Shown here piece by piece: positions 52,201-64,000 of a stretch of 64,000 nt of DNA. Position 1 is the first letter of the stretch. The number at the start of each line of letters is the position of its first letter. The stretch lies in NCBI GenBank assembly GCA_002633005.1, contig NMRA01000576.1, forward strand, positions 118,339-182,338, in the 5' to 3' direction. The notes below the pieces were generated by a model, which did no database searches, was not told the origin of the DNA, and worked only from the letters and a program-made list of their open reading frames with translations. The stretch is from Phoronis australis. Taxonomy: Eukaryota > Animalia > Phoronida. The translations under genes were made by a program, and so were the position numbers.

Positions 52201-55200
52201 TTCCATTCTACCTCTGGTTTTATCGATATAAAGCTTCGTGTTTTCGAGGGTATGACGTGGAAATTTCTACTGTCATAGGCGTAAAATGGATGTTCATATA
52301 GGTTCATGGTACCTCAACGAAGGCTTAGAAATTAAACTGCCTCCTCCGGTCACCACAATACAATTTTTGTCACTCTTCACATGCCCATCAAATCCATGGC
52401 TGTGGTCTCACGGATAATTTCAGAAACAAGCGTAACTATGAACCATGTGATTCAAATAGAGTCTGTCTATTAAACCTTTGGGCCACATTCATTTTTCTAC
52501 CATTCAAGATTTTTATAGTGTTGTTCAAAAACCCCCTCGACGCACGACGCCCTCGACCTAAGACACAAAACCCCTCCACCCAGTCAAAATAAGCTCTACT
52601 CTATCTGAATGTAGCACAAGCGCCAACTTACAGGACCGTTGATTTTCTTTGTGAGCTCTGTTTTTTGTAATTAAGAGGGTATCTTCGGCAAATTTGAAAG
52701 CCAAAACAACGTAATACTTTACATACATCTAGAACTCTGACAAATTGGTAACCGGAATCGCTGGTTTATTTTTTGCCAACAACTGTGGTTTACCGTCTTT
52801 TATATGCAACCCCAGTAATAATACCCACAGTTCATTACCAAACACATAATACGCAGAAATAGGGATGTGCCAATCCGGTTCATTTCAAGGAAATGTGTAG
52901 TGACTGGCGGTGTTGCCGCCCCAAAAACTTGCACCAACGTATTTTGAAACGTGACAGGTCCTAGTATTTTGCACATTACTTTAATTATACGCGGTTCTTG
53001 AATCTAATTTGATTTACCTTTGACCAAATTTAGTGGCTATACCGGCCAAGACCTCAAAAATTACAAGATGAAAGCCAAGCTGTCCTTAACCATTTGTCCT
53101 TGCATGATTGACCCTCCTAGTTATCACTAATTTGTGTTATTTTGTGTTGACATTCTGTTATTGTTTGCCTGCAAGGCACACTGTTTCCGTTTAAAGACAA
53201 AACAGAGCAATTGCAAAGAAAATTAACTGCACCATCTGCCATCCAGCTCGGCAATTATATTGCGTCAATAAAAGTGTCACAATAACAGTGCCAGGCGCTA
53301 ATTTTACAAGGAGCACTTCCTAATATACATGTACATGAATCCACGCTAAGATGTACGATGCGCAACTACTCCAGGCGGTATTATCCTTTGTCTTTCATCC
53401 ACATTATCCAGAAGAATAATTACATCTTTTATCACGAAATTACCTAATCAATCATTGTCAGCGTTTTCACTGCGCTGACACATATGTCTACAGGCTTTAC
53501 ACCTTGCAAGAATACACAGAGATCAACTACGTAGCAGAATACAATTACCAGTTAGTTACAGACTCATATGGAAAATTTAAATGCACAGTATTTGCCACAG
53601 TATATTTGCACGAAGTATAGGTTTACACTTCAACAGCACTCCCGAAAGCAGCAAGATAGTTTGTTCAAGACATTCCTCTTGATGAAGGGCAACTACGATG
53701 TACAGATTTTAACTTTCCAAATACTAACACGTTCTTCATTCGGGTTTGGTCAAGGAAAATGCTTTGACCTGACAAGTAAATCTGTGTAGTGTAAATAGAG
53801 TTCTATGGGGCGCAACTACACTGACTTAGCTAAGACAAATCTTATATTTTAGAAAATTTTAAAATAAAAATTAAATTTGTCACAAAACCAATTAAAGAAA
53901 AAAGTCTCAAGTTTGAATTAAGTGTATGATCTAAATTTTGTCTTAATTTTGGCTATTTTTCCAATGTGGAAGTTTCAAATTTTGGAAGTTAAGACAAATC
54001 TGAGACTTAATCTCAAAATGAACTTAAATCAGTTTCTTGGAACAGGCTTCTGTTAATCTTGTCCACTCCCAAATGTTTGAATGAAGACACATAGACATTT
54101 GGCTCCTTGCACTGTCTGCACATTCGCCAAGAGTTCCAGACAACGCTTTCGGGCTAGTGAAACCCCTCTCTAGATCGACAATGACGTTAGAGTATCGTCG
54201 GGTAACGCTAAGAGGATTTGCACGCACGCAGACGAGAAAACGTGCACTGTATACCGCAGAGGCCTTTGTACATCAAACGTTTGATGGCGCCTTGCAAGAT
54301 TTAAAGAATTTAGTAATTAATTTGGCTAAACGTGTTTGAAGAGATGATTGCGGTGGTATATGGAACGCACCTAGCGTCACCTTCTGATGAGTCTTTTCTG
54401 ACACGTTACGAGTCATCGAAGCTCGTCAGAGTTGACTCAAAGTGTGTCAAGTTCCCGCCCCATTACTGTGGGACCAATAAGACGTTGTCATTTGGTCAAC
54501 AATGACGTATGCTTCTAAGTCCGTCATTTTACACCCCAACTGACCAGACACTCCACTAGTCTAAAAGGTCATCAACCATCCCACTTTGCATCTGACGAAT
54601 AAGGGACAAGTTATTATGCACGCTCGTATCAATTAAATGAATCATAATCCACATCTGTGCAGTGTAACGCCAAGGAAAAGTACAACGGTGGTTTTTTCGT
54701 TAAGTTGGCATGTACCATCAAATTGTTAAATACGAAATGTTATTCAAATAAAAGAAACATAGTTGTGAGTGACGAGGACTGGATGACTGTGACCTTGGAG
54801 TGACGGTAACTTTCACAGTGCTGTGGCAGCAGTTGTAGGTTCTATTTGTTTGATCAGTGAATATGTACCAGTGCATGTTACAGGCTTGCTCAGTGGAGAC
54901 AGGCTATTGTGTAGATTGTGTTTTTATACGAGGCAGTGCTGGCCATTTTTAGTATTATTCTTTGAGTCCAATGCTCAGTTAAGGCAAGGTATGCTACAAG
55001 TTGTTTTTTGTGAGAAAGTGGTTGCCTGTTATTGTTTCTCCTTTGAAGTACTAAAAAAGAAAACGCGGTAAAACGCATGATAATCCGTGAAAAAGGCTAT
55101 TAATATATTTTACCAACCACAGCATCATTTTAATTCTTTTTACTGTGTTTTTTGTTTTTGACCACCTTGCGTCGTTGACGGCATTCATACAGTGAAATAC

Positions 55201-56151
55201 ATGTTGATGTTGCTTGAATTCCTTAGCCAAGTACATTGTTGGATATAGGATGTTATTTTGGGGGGCAACAATTTTTCTCGGGAAACCGCGGAAAGGCCAG
55301 TTTGCGCGGCCTAAAATTTTGATGATAACTAGATGTTCTGATGACGATGTTCATGTCCAAAGAACAAGAAAAAAAACATAAAACGGGAAACCGTTTGAAG
55401 TCGATTCTGAGCCCCCCCACAACATAAACTGAAACTGCACCTAGACGCCTTTAATAAACGGACAATGTCTCTCGCATAGAGGAGCCACACCTTGTAAAGA
55501 GGCTTGACATTAGAATGAGAGGATTGCCTTAAAAATAGTTCCCTGTTTATTTACAACATATGTTTGAAGGACTGTACAACACAGCATAAGAAATTGCTTA
55601 GCAATACGAGTGTTTTATAATTCTGTAGAAATAGCAGTTTCACATTCAATAGCGTCAATGAGCGAACGATAATAATATGGTGGTAATATCAGGTGTCCCA
55701 AAGCAATCAGCTAATAGAGGTATTCTCGGATGTCCCAATAAAATTGGCACAAAGTAATTTTATACTCTTTCCATTAAAAACATGAATTGTGTAAGAAAAC
55801 CTACCAACATTCTGTAATGTGGTGCGTCCTTTGGGACGATTGATAAAGATGACGTTTTCTGTTTGCCATCGCAGGTTTGGACAAGTAATTAAAATACAAC
55901 GAGTCAAGAGCCTTTCAGAAATTTTATCAATGCCCAGGCTTCTAATGGACGCTTTGTCTTAGTCACAGGTCACTGAACAGCAATCCACCCACAACCACAT
56001 TTAACAAGGATTTAAATTCACATTTAAAGCCAGAACAGAATCCCAAAACCTTATCTATTTTATATCGTGGTTGCAACTTGATCAATCGTGACTCACTAAA
56101 TATCTTTAAGCGAATAAGCAGAAACCTTGAGGTGAAATTACAGCTGACTTA

Positions 56152-58228
56152 AGCCCTTGTCACATTTGTCGTATGACGGGACAGTATACGATGTGTCCGC
56201 AACAGAAGTTAGGGAATACCTTTCGATGGTAAAGAGACTGTCGTACAACATTTGGGTGCGGTAAAATCTCACTAATTTAGGAGACAAGAAGGCACGCAAC
56301 TACTTTTTGTATAAATCATTATTACCCCAAAACTATTGCTTTCTCACTTTCAGGATTTGTACCATACACCTGTAGCTACCATCAAACAAAGTTATGAAAA
56401 ATTTTGGGCATTCACACTATTAGAAGCCTTTAGAAATGAACAAGAGCAACACTGAGCGTTGACTTGCGTCCGAAAATGGGAACAGGTCTAAATAGAAAAC
56501 TGTATATCAAATTTCATAAAAATCCGCCAATGACTGCACAGAAACAGTTGAAAACACAAACAAATGAAATTGCCAACAGGTGGGCAGATCATTAGTTACA
56601 TCCGTCTGGAAGTCGTTATCATCGTCCGTTGCCAACTTCACATAAATACACTAGCTACATTTCACAAAGATCCTGAAGTGTGTTTAAGAAATACAGCTAT
56701 GCCTGCAAAAAACAAAACTGCCACTAGAAGGCACCAAACTAGGCAAAGTCATTGAAAAAACCGTAAACCATGCTCTTCACACTAAAAACATATTTCACTA
56801 AAAACATGTCAGTTTTTAATTTTTACAAACATTCTGAAAGTGGTTTGTTTGGTTGGTAGAGGGGCACACATCAAAAATAGACAAAAAACAGTAAAAACTG
56901 CCACTAAAAAGCGCAAAATACGTCGAACCCATAACAAAATGGGAACTTGTCATTGCTTCTTTCACAGAAAGCTATTTACAAAAATTTCATAAAAATCCAA
57001 CAAACAACTTCAGAGAAACAGAGGAAATTGAAACAAATGAAATTGCGGGAAAATATGGTCATACAACTAATTGATGTCCATGTACAAAATTTCCTGAAAT
57101 TCCGTTGATGACGTTGAAGACACAGAGGTAGAAATAAAAATTTATATTGCCTTAGGTGGTTCACTGATAGCATAAACCATCCAAAAGCTTTCGTAGTTTG
57201 TTGTCTACTCCATATCATTACACTTGCTAAATTTAGTACAGATCCTTCACAGCGTTAAGGAGATACAGCCGTAACCCCAAAAACAAACAAAAGTGCAACT
57301 AGGAGGCGCTGCAGTAGTTTAAGTCGTCACAAAATCTTCGTCAGCTATGGTGGTCTTAGTAAAACACAAGATGAGAAATTTCATGATCAACCTTAAAGTG
57401 GTTTGGTTGATAGGGGAGTGGAAGCCAAAAAACACTCTCGAAAACAATAAAATGACTACTCGGTAGCGCGAAATACCTTGAATATATCTGAAAAACCTGA
57501 GGTTAGCGTGATATCGCCGATGCCTATATTTCAAATTTAATTAAATCCATTGAGAATCTCTTAATACCTATAAACGATAATTTAATATAAAAATGCCAAT
57601 AGGGTGCACACCGGTAAATAGATAGGTCTGATATTCGTTGCCGTCTTCTGCTTCTTAGAAACACATCTACTAAATCTGTTCAAGATCCTGTGAGGGGTTT
57701 GACAAATACAGCTGGACGCCCAGAGATGACGGCATGTGTGGGCGCATAAAGATGGGGGATCATTTTTGTCAGACATTAGTGATCTTTTACCACATCGTGC
57801 GGCGAAGTATGCTGACAAAGAGCAGCGTCGGGAAATGTTGAGGTTGTTCAAAATGATTTCAACGTTGTATAACAGTTCTAGAACAGATCTATATGGTAAA
57901 ACTGTCGTGCGTTGCCTTACATTTGTTGTGTGATAGTTGAACGACTGGAATACACCGAGTGTCTAGAATAGTCCAACGGTAATCGTATATAGGACAAATG
58001 ACAGTGCCAAGAACGTTTTACCACCACGTACATGTCCTGCGACCATAGTACAACGGCAACGTATCACTTGACCCCAGACATACAATATGGCTTGCGAAAC
58101 CTTGGTTTCATGTCGTAGATGTACACTATTCGTACAGGTGTTACAGCAAATATTTCAATACAGCCGACTATCGTACAGGAGCATTTTTGTTGCCCTGCTA
58201 GCATCATACCACAAATGTGACAGGGGCT
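56152..58228. mobile_element. PIF/Harbinger-type non-autonomous transposon
   Basis: 25-bp TIR AGCCCYTGTCACATTTGTSGTATGA (23/25 match) with TTA TSD on both sides. Confidence 0.88.
56438..57590 (+). mobile_element. Helentron/HINE-like repeat with internal degenerate tandem units, nested in Harbinger element
   Basis: Starts AACAAGAGC; repeated AAATTTCATAAAAATCC and GCCACTAG motifs; related copy at 60130-60790. Confidence 0.5.
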
Positions 58229-58670
58229 TTAGCAGAATCTGTATACAGGTGTTTTACACAGCATTCATGACACTTCTGGTTAAAGAACAAACACTTCCTC
58301 CAGTATAGAGAACATAATATGAAAATTCACATTTTGAGGCTAGATCAAATGCATTTAAATGTACTACTGTCAAATGCAGGCATTTTTCATCTAGACATGA
58401 ACATCGTATATTATCCAGTATTTTGACGTCAAATTAAAGCATTTTGCTCTTGTGTTCTGTTTTAAAAACATTGTGAGACCCACATTGAAAGTAAACTAAA
58501 CATTTACAGGTCGCATTTTTGGATCGCACTACACGCCCAAGAACAATCAAAATTCATTTGGCATACTAAATTCTTGTCCCGCTGGTGATTTGGCATGTTA
58601 GTTTCCTAAGCCTGCTAAATGACACATATATGGGTCTGAAAAATTAATCATTGATTTTAGCTGTAATGGG

Positions 58671-58930
58671 TCATCCGACCCATGGCCTGTGATTTGTACA
58701 ATGAGCCATGGTATACTTTATCAACTTGAGATTGCCATCAATGGGCCTCACAGACATAGGACCAGCTACTTTGTAGGTCCTCCCCTGAATTGTGTTGGAC
58801 ATTGCACGCACTGCTACTACAGCAGAATCCACCATCACCAAGCTATCATGTACACGCCGTTTTTGGACTGTTATGACTTGTGCACATAAGCTACCCAATG
58901 CAGATTTAGCGCCCAGCTGTTGGTTGTCAC
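58671..58930 (-). CDS. Putative terminal exon of unidentified gene
   Basis: Strong acceptor cttttcatttgacttttag, phase 1, 85 sense codons to TGA (GDNQQLGAKSALG...VVAVRAMSNTIQGRTYKVAGPMSVRP...). Confidence 0.55.
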
Positions 58931-59102
58931 CTAAAAGTCAAATGAAAAGAGTTGAAATGTATCGTGTGAGAATAAGGAGATTTTGCACATGGCTGGTTAC
59001 CGGGCAAATACATATTTGTAAAACGGAACGTACCGAAATTCACGCGGGTTCAGACGTGTTACCAGTTATTCGATTCCCACATTCTTCCTGATCAAAACTG
59101 AC

Positions 59103-59155
59103 CTGTGTGCAACTCAGCGTGATATATTTTATGGATGTGTTCGTTATCCAGGATC
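59103..59155 (-). CDS. Putative internal exon (ILDNEHIHKIYHAELHT)
   Basis: tttttacag acceptor, GTCAGT donor, phase 2 to 1, compatible with neighbours. Confidence 0.55.
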
Positions 59156-59390
59156 CTGTAAAAATCATCTTTTTCGTTCCCTCCATGATGAAACATTTAT
59201 TGATTTAACAAACAAGTACATAGTTGTGCAGCAATGTGAAATCTAGTTAAGTGTACATCAAACAAATAAAGGACATAGTAGGACCTTATAAAAGCTTGTC
59301 AGGCAAAAAAGATTAGCACATTGCCTGGAATCTCTCAAGATCCAATTTCTCATTGTAAATATTTTTTTACAGGTTGTAGTAGTTACATAC

Positions 59391-59433
59391 CTCACGTAAA
59401 ATGACTGAAAATTGGACTTTTTGTAGTCTCTGT
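59391..59433 (-). CDS. Putative internal exon (RDYKKSNFQSFYV)
   Basis: atatag acceptor, GTATGT donor, phase 1 to 2. Confidence 0.5.
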
Positions 59434-59765
59434 CTATATATTAAATGAAATATGGCTAAGCAAAGAATTAAATTTACAACTTCTAATCTACAGGCTGGAT
59501 CTCCAAGCAAGGCGGAAGACGTATTAAACTGCAGAGGGAAATTGCACTGATTTATCACCCATGCTATTAAACATCCTCAAAACTTCAGAACAAGTGAACA
59601 TTCCCGATACATATGTAGATTTGTTTCTTCATGTTGCTAACAGAAAGAACGTAAAGACGATTCACCAACACCTATAACAGCTTATTATTTAAAATGACTT
59701 ACATGTATTCTTATTAAAATGACATAGGCAGAAAATTGAATTTTGGGCCTAAAAAACGAGGTTCT

Positions 59766-60000
59766 CCTATATTAATATAGGGGGGCCTCGCCGAGAGGCG
59801 GCCGGAGAGCAGGGCCGGCTATATTAATATAGGGGAGCCCCGCCGAAAAGCGGCCGATGTGCGGGGCCGTCTATGTTAATATATAAGGCCCCGCCNAGGG
59901 GGCACCGCTCTTCGGCCGCCATTCGGCGGCCCCCACCTATATTAATATAGGTATCCCCGCTTTTCGACCACCTTTCGGCGAGGCCCTCTGTATTAACATA
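59766..60000. repeat. Mirror-arranged array of palindrome CCTATATTAATATAGG with GC-rich spacers
   Basis: Five cores at ~59766, 59819, 59871, 59936, 59988. Confidence 0.85.
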
Positions 60001-60129
60001 AAATGCCTCCCTGAAATTTCGAAGCAATTGGGCACCGCACACGGCATGTTTCTCGCGATGTCTATTTGTATCATAAAAATGACCACGAGAAGGCGCAAAA
60101 TATGTCAAGTCTATCCGAAAACAGAAACA

Positions 60130-60790
60130 CATCATCGTTTCTTTAATAGATCTGTTTCCATAAAAATCTGTCAATAAATTTCAGACAAACAAAGGAAGAC
60201 CAAATAAAAAAATGGAATTGCCACTTAAGGAGGAAATGCACCTGAAAATTGTCAACGTCTGTTCTATACTCGATGTGAATACACTTGCTAAATTTAATAA
60301 AAAATCCTGAAGTAGGTTCAGGACATACAGCTACAGGCGCAAAAAGTTGCCACCAGGAGGTGCGAAGTAGTCAGTTGTCATCGTTAACTGTATTCTTCCT
60401 ACTGAGATCAGATATACCAACTCTCGCAATCATCCATAGAATTGTCTAGTTGATACAGGAGCGGATGCCAAAAAAACGATTGGAAAAAATATAAATGGCC
60501 ACTAGGTGCCTCACATTGCATCAAATAAATCCAAAAAGAGGAAGATATCATCATGTAACCAATAAACAGCCACTAGGAGGTGCCCCAGTTGCCAGAGTAA
60601 TCAGACAATCATTGTCTGTCTTTCTCTTCATAGTAAAAAAAACCTGCCAATTTTTACAATCATTTTTAAGAGCGATTTGGTTGATTGAGAGGCGGACGCC
60701 ATAAAACAGACTCAAAAACAGAAAAATAATAAAACAGGAACCTCACCTCAAAACTGTTGAATGGTTCCCTTGTGAGGAGCCCCACTCTAA
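60130..60790 (+). mobile_element. Second copy of HINE-like repeat with terminal hairpin
   Basis: Shares ACACTTGCTAAATTTA and GCCACTAGG motifs with 56438-57590; ends GGTTCCCTTGTGAGGAGCC. Confidence 0.5.
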
Positions 60791-61052
60791 GGATGCCTAT
60801 GAGTGGGGCCTCTAAAGGCTCACCTGGTTGTCAACTGCCTTTGGTCAGGTTTCGCCATGATTGCACAAGTTCCCAACCTGAAGGTGACCATAGAGTGGGT
60901 GATAAATATTTGCATTGGTTACATGAAGTATCGAGCGCATGTTAAGTTCCCAACCCCTTGTACGGGTTTATTTGTAGCCCCATTCATTTAGTATTTCGTG
61001 CCCATGTACTCCCAGGGGTTAGCCTGCAAGTTTGACTTTAAAGGCTAATTAC

Positions 61053-61100
61053 CAGCAGGTTCGTCTTTGGCAACACCTATGAACCAATCAGTTGTGAGAC
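61053..61100 (-). CDS. Possible upstream exon (LTTDWFIGVAKDEPA)
   Basis: tttgaag acceptor, GTAATT donor, 48 nt, phase 1-1. Confidence 0.3.
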
Positions 61101-61454
61101 CTTCAAATATAGGCTTTTACCTACATTTCATATTTCTTAAGAAAATGAAATTGCATCCAAAACTTATTTGTAATTCCCACGATCAAACAACAAAAAGTGC
61201 TTTCAATATTCTACAAATTCCTACTGACATCAGAAGAAGGAAGGTCAGTCAAGGGAAGATGCTTTAGGATTGGTCATATTAGACAAGTGCAGAGGTGACT
61301 TATGCATACTACAATTCAATTCTTTACTCTATACATCCTTTTATTTCGTGTACAAAATATAAGTTACATTCAGTGAGTTTTCTGTAATATTTACACAATG
61401 GCTCAAAACGTACATTTTTACTATGTACAAAAACAGTTAACAAATGGACAAGTA

Positions 61455-61955
61455 AAGGAGCACATTCTTACTCGATCTCGGCGAAAAATGTGCAAAAAAG
61501 CTGCACCTATTAAAGAAAAACTTAAGTACGTTGCTAATAAGGAGCACATTTTTACTCGATCTAGGCGAAAAATTTGTAAAAAAGCCGCATATAAGAAGGA
61601 ATAACTCAAGTATGTTGCTAAGAAGTAACACATTTTTGCTCAAACTCGGCGAAAAATGTGCAAAAGGCCGCATATAGCAAGGAAAAACTCAAGTAGGTTG
61701 CTAAAAAGTAACATTTTTTTTGCTCGAACTTGACGATAAATGCGCAAAAAAGCCGCACTTATTAAGGAAAAACTAAAGTACGTTGCTATTAAGGAACACA
61801 ATTTTACTCGATCTCGGCGAAAAATGTGCAAAAAAGCCGCAGTGAGCTAAGAAAACTAAACTAAGCCTAGTAGTAAAAAAGCACATTTTTACTCGATCTC
61901 GGCGTAAAATGTCCAAAAAAGCCGCAGTGACCAAAGAAAAACCAAACTAAGCTTA
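61455..61955. repeat. Minisatellite, six copies of ~84 bp
   Basis: Units at ~61457, 61541, 61625, 61708, 61793, 61878 (CTCGATCTCGGCGAAAAATGTGCAAAAAAGCCGCA core). Confidence 0.93.
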
Positions 61956-62590
61956 TTGACACCACGACAATGCATTCTCATCAGGTGATCTTGCGCTGTT
62001 ACGAGATCTCTCACCAGGCTGTTGTCGTGGGCCAAGAGTGAATTTTTTCTTCCAATAATCAGCTGCAAGATGAATATCGACAGGTCAAAAAAAAACAGTT
62101 ATAATGGATCAGGTGATAAACAGTGAACGTACCTTTACAATTAAAAATTTACTGATCGTCAGTTATGGTTTACACCTGACACGTTTTTAAGCGTAAAGAT
62201 GCTATGTCTCATTAAAACCATGACACAGCATCTTACATGTAAGTATAGAAATTTTGGTGAATAAGGACTTTTCACAAAACAGCATTCTGACTAAAAATTC
62301 AGAATGACCAAATTTTTCTCAATGCCTTTCAAAAATATGGTACAGTTATTGGATTGTCCTGCTGAGCCATTTACTTTTGACACTGCACAACTGACCCGGA
62401 GAAAGATGTTAAGTACCAAGTGGCCATTTACTCACACACACAATTCAAAACAATGGCAAGGTGGGAGTTGGACAGGAATGTGAAGCGCTCGTGTTGTTTT
62501 TATTGTGTTTCTAATTCCTTTTTTGCTTTATGACTTTTTTGATCAGCTGATTAATGCATTCACCAGTAGACCTACCTGTAAATAACCAAG

Positions 62591-63945
62591 CACCCTTACA
62601 AAAATGAACTTACGTTTTCATCGAAAAACTTAAGTATTTGGTCTGAAAATCTTAAGTTTTCATGGAACGAACTAAAGTTTTCATAACTTAAGTTTTTCAA
62701 AAACTTAAGTTCTGAAAACTTAAGTTTTCCAAAAACTTAAGTTCTGAATACTTAAGTTTTAAAAAATTAAGTTCGTTTGAAAAAACTTGATCCAGAATAC
62801 TTAAGTTTTTGGAAAACTTAAGTTTAAGGAACTTAAGTTTTTGAAAAACTTAAGTTTTGGAACAAGTTTTTAGTAACAAACATAAGTCATCAAAACTGAT
62901 ATTTTTGAAAGCTACGTTTTCCGAACATAAGCTTTCAAGGAACTAACTTTTGAAAACTGAAGTTTTCTAAAAGCAATAAGTTTCAATAGGGCAGACATTA
63001 AAAAATTTCGACTTTCACTAAAACAAGAGTGGAGTACAGTAACAAATTTAATGATTCTCATAAAGTTCTAACATTACATTAACAGTGATTAATTGCAGAA
63101 AATAAAATGCACTGCCTAAAATACACTCATTCTTTAAAATAAGTGAACATAAGTGAAATATCAAAATATCAAAAACCAGAAACATTTCAAAAATCAGTTC
63201 ATCAAGTGTCATGCATACAATGCAGTGAAAACTAAATGAGGCTAATAATATGTTAATTATTTGCATCGTTCTTAATCTATGACAATTATGCGATAACTGA
63301 GGGAGCAAAATGGAATGTACAAACAGAGAAATCACTACCAAATCATGAAACACAACCAAAGAAAATGTGATTACATAGCCATGAAAGTCACAACAAAAGT
63401 CTACGTTTCAACTAAAATTGCAGCAATGACACCAAGAATAACAAGATACTTAATATGCAAAATCCAAGAATATCTGCAGAGACAAAAGCATAACATAAAA
63501 CGTAACAGGTAACTAAAAGTTTATCGACAATGGCGACAAGTCTGATTTTGGGAAGTACAATCCTTATGCTAGAAATAGTGCCTAGAATCACCTATAATTG
63601 TTTGCAACCTTAAAAATATCAAGTTAAATGTCAAAGTTCGTTTTGTTGACAATCATAACAAAAGCAAATCCAATACATTCCATGGTGCGAACAAGTTTCA
63701 CTAAAAGTAACCCTAAGTACAAGCTGGTTATACGAGATGGAAATTAGAAAACTTAGACCATTGACCACAAAAATATTCATTTCCTTAAATTTAAAGCTAC
63801 TGAACTTCATACAAATATAGGCCCTTTCATACTAACATCGACGCGTCGAAGTTTTTGGAAGTTACTGTCAGTATAAACTATCAACTCCAGTCCTATCGAA
63901 GTTATTGCCAGGGGCCACTGTTATCATTAACAATTGCATAGCAGT
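62591..63945 (-). mobile_element. Large non-autonomous DNA transposon with AAAACTTAAGTTTT arrays, copy B (no LTR insertion)
   Basis: Terminus CACCCTTACAAAAA; inverted homology to ~10880-13100. Confidence 0.8.
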
Positions 63946-64000
63946 GTGATGGCTAATAGTTGCTTATACCTTGCTCTAATAATCACCAATCAATTTAAAA

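Noticed and set aside
54383-54445. Hammerhead ribozyme (CTGATGA core)
   Set aside because: No correctly placed GAAA after stem II and no closing stems
59766-60000. CRISPR array (palindromic repeats with ~36-bp spacers)
   Set aside because: Spacers resemble each other, the array is mirror-symmetric, no cas genes, eukaryotic context
61398-61831. Basic repeat protein from 28-codon units
   Set aside because: By-product of the 84-bp minisatellite; stops and indels break the frame after two units
63048-63512. Hydrophobic ORFs
   Set aside because: Within repeat copy B; frame not conserved in copy A (11400-11840)

Overview
AT-rich, intron-containing metazoan DNA, probably from a marine invertebrate (inferred from repeat content and WSC expansion, not proven). 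It is not prokaryotic, so most ORF-track entries are spurious, and I found no rRNA, tRNA or CRISPR array. Main content: (1) A 5'-truncated, frameshifted Ngaro-type (DIRS superfamily, tyrosine recombinase) retrotransposon at 1660-5071 (-) that retains its B1-A2-B2 split direct repeats. (2) A cluster of at least six WSC carbohydrate-binding-domain modules at 22.9-35.6 kb, in states from intact to heavily decayed. One can be reconstructed as a 128-aa secreted single-WSC gene whose frame depends on a 25-nt micro-exon lying just downstream of a (TG)13 tract. (3) A 918-bp head-to-tail concatemer with palindromic junctions at 20.4-22.6 kb. (4) A nested, inverted-duplicated complex of a TA-flanked TIR element and a decayed IS630/Tc1-like element around a 579-N gap at 36.5-45.0 kb. 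(5) A solo LTR carrying heat-shock elements, inserted in one of two copies of a larger repeat. (6) Many MITEs and satellites. (7) Phase-compatible exons of an unidentified minus-strand gene at 58.7-61.1 kb. All exon and family calls were made by eye without database searches.
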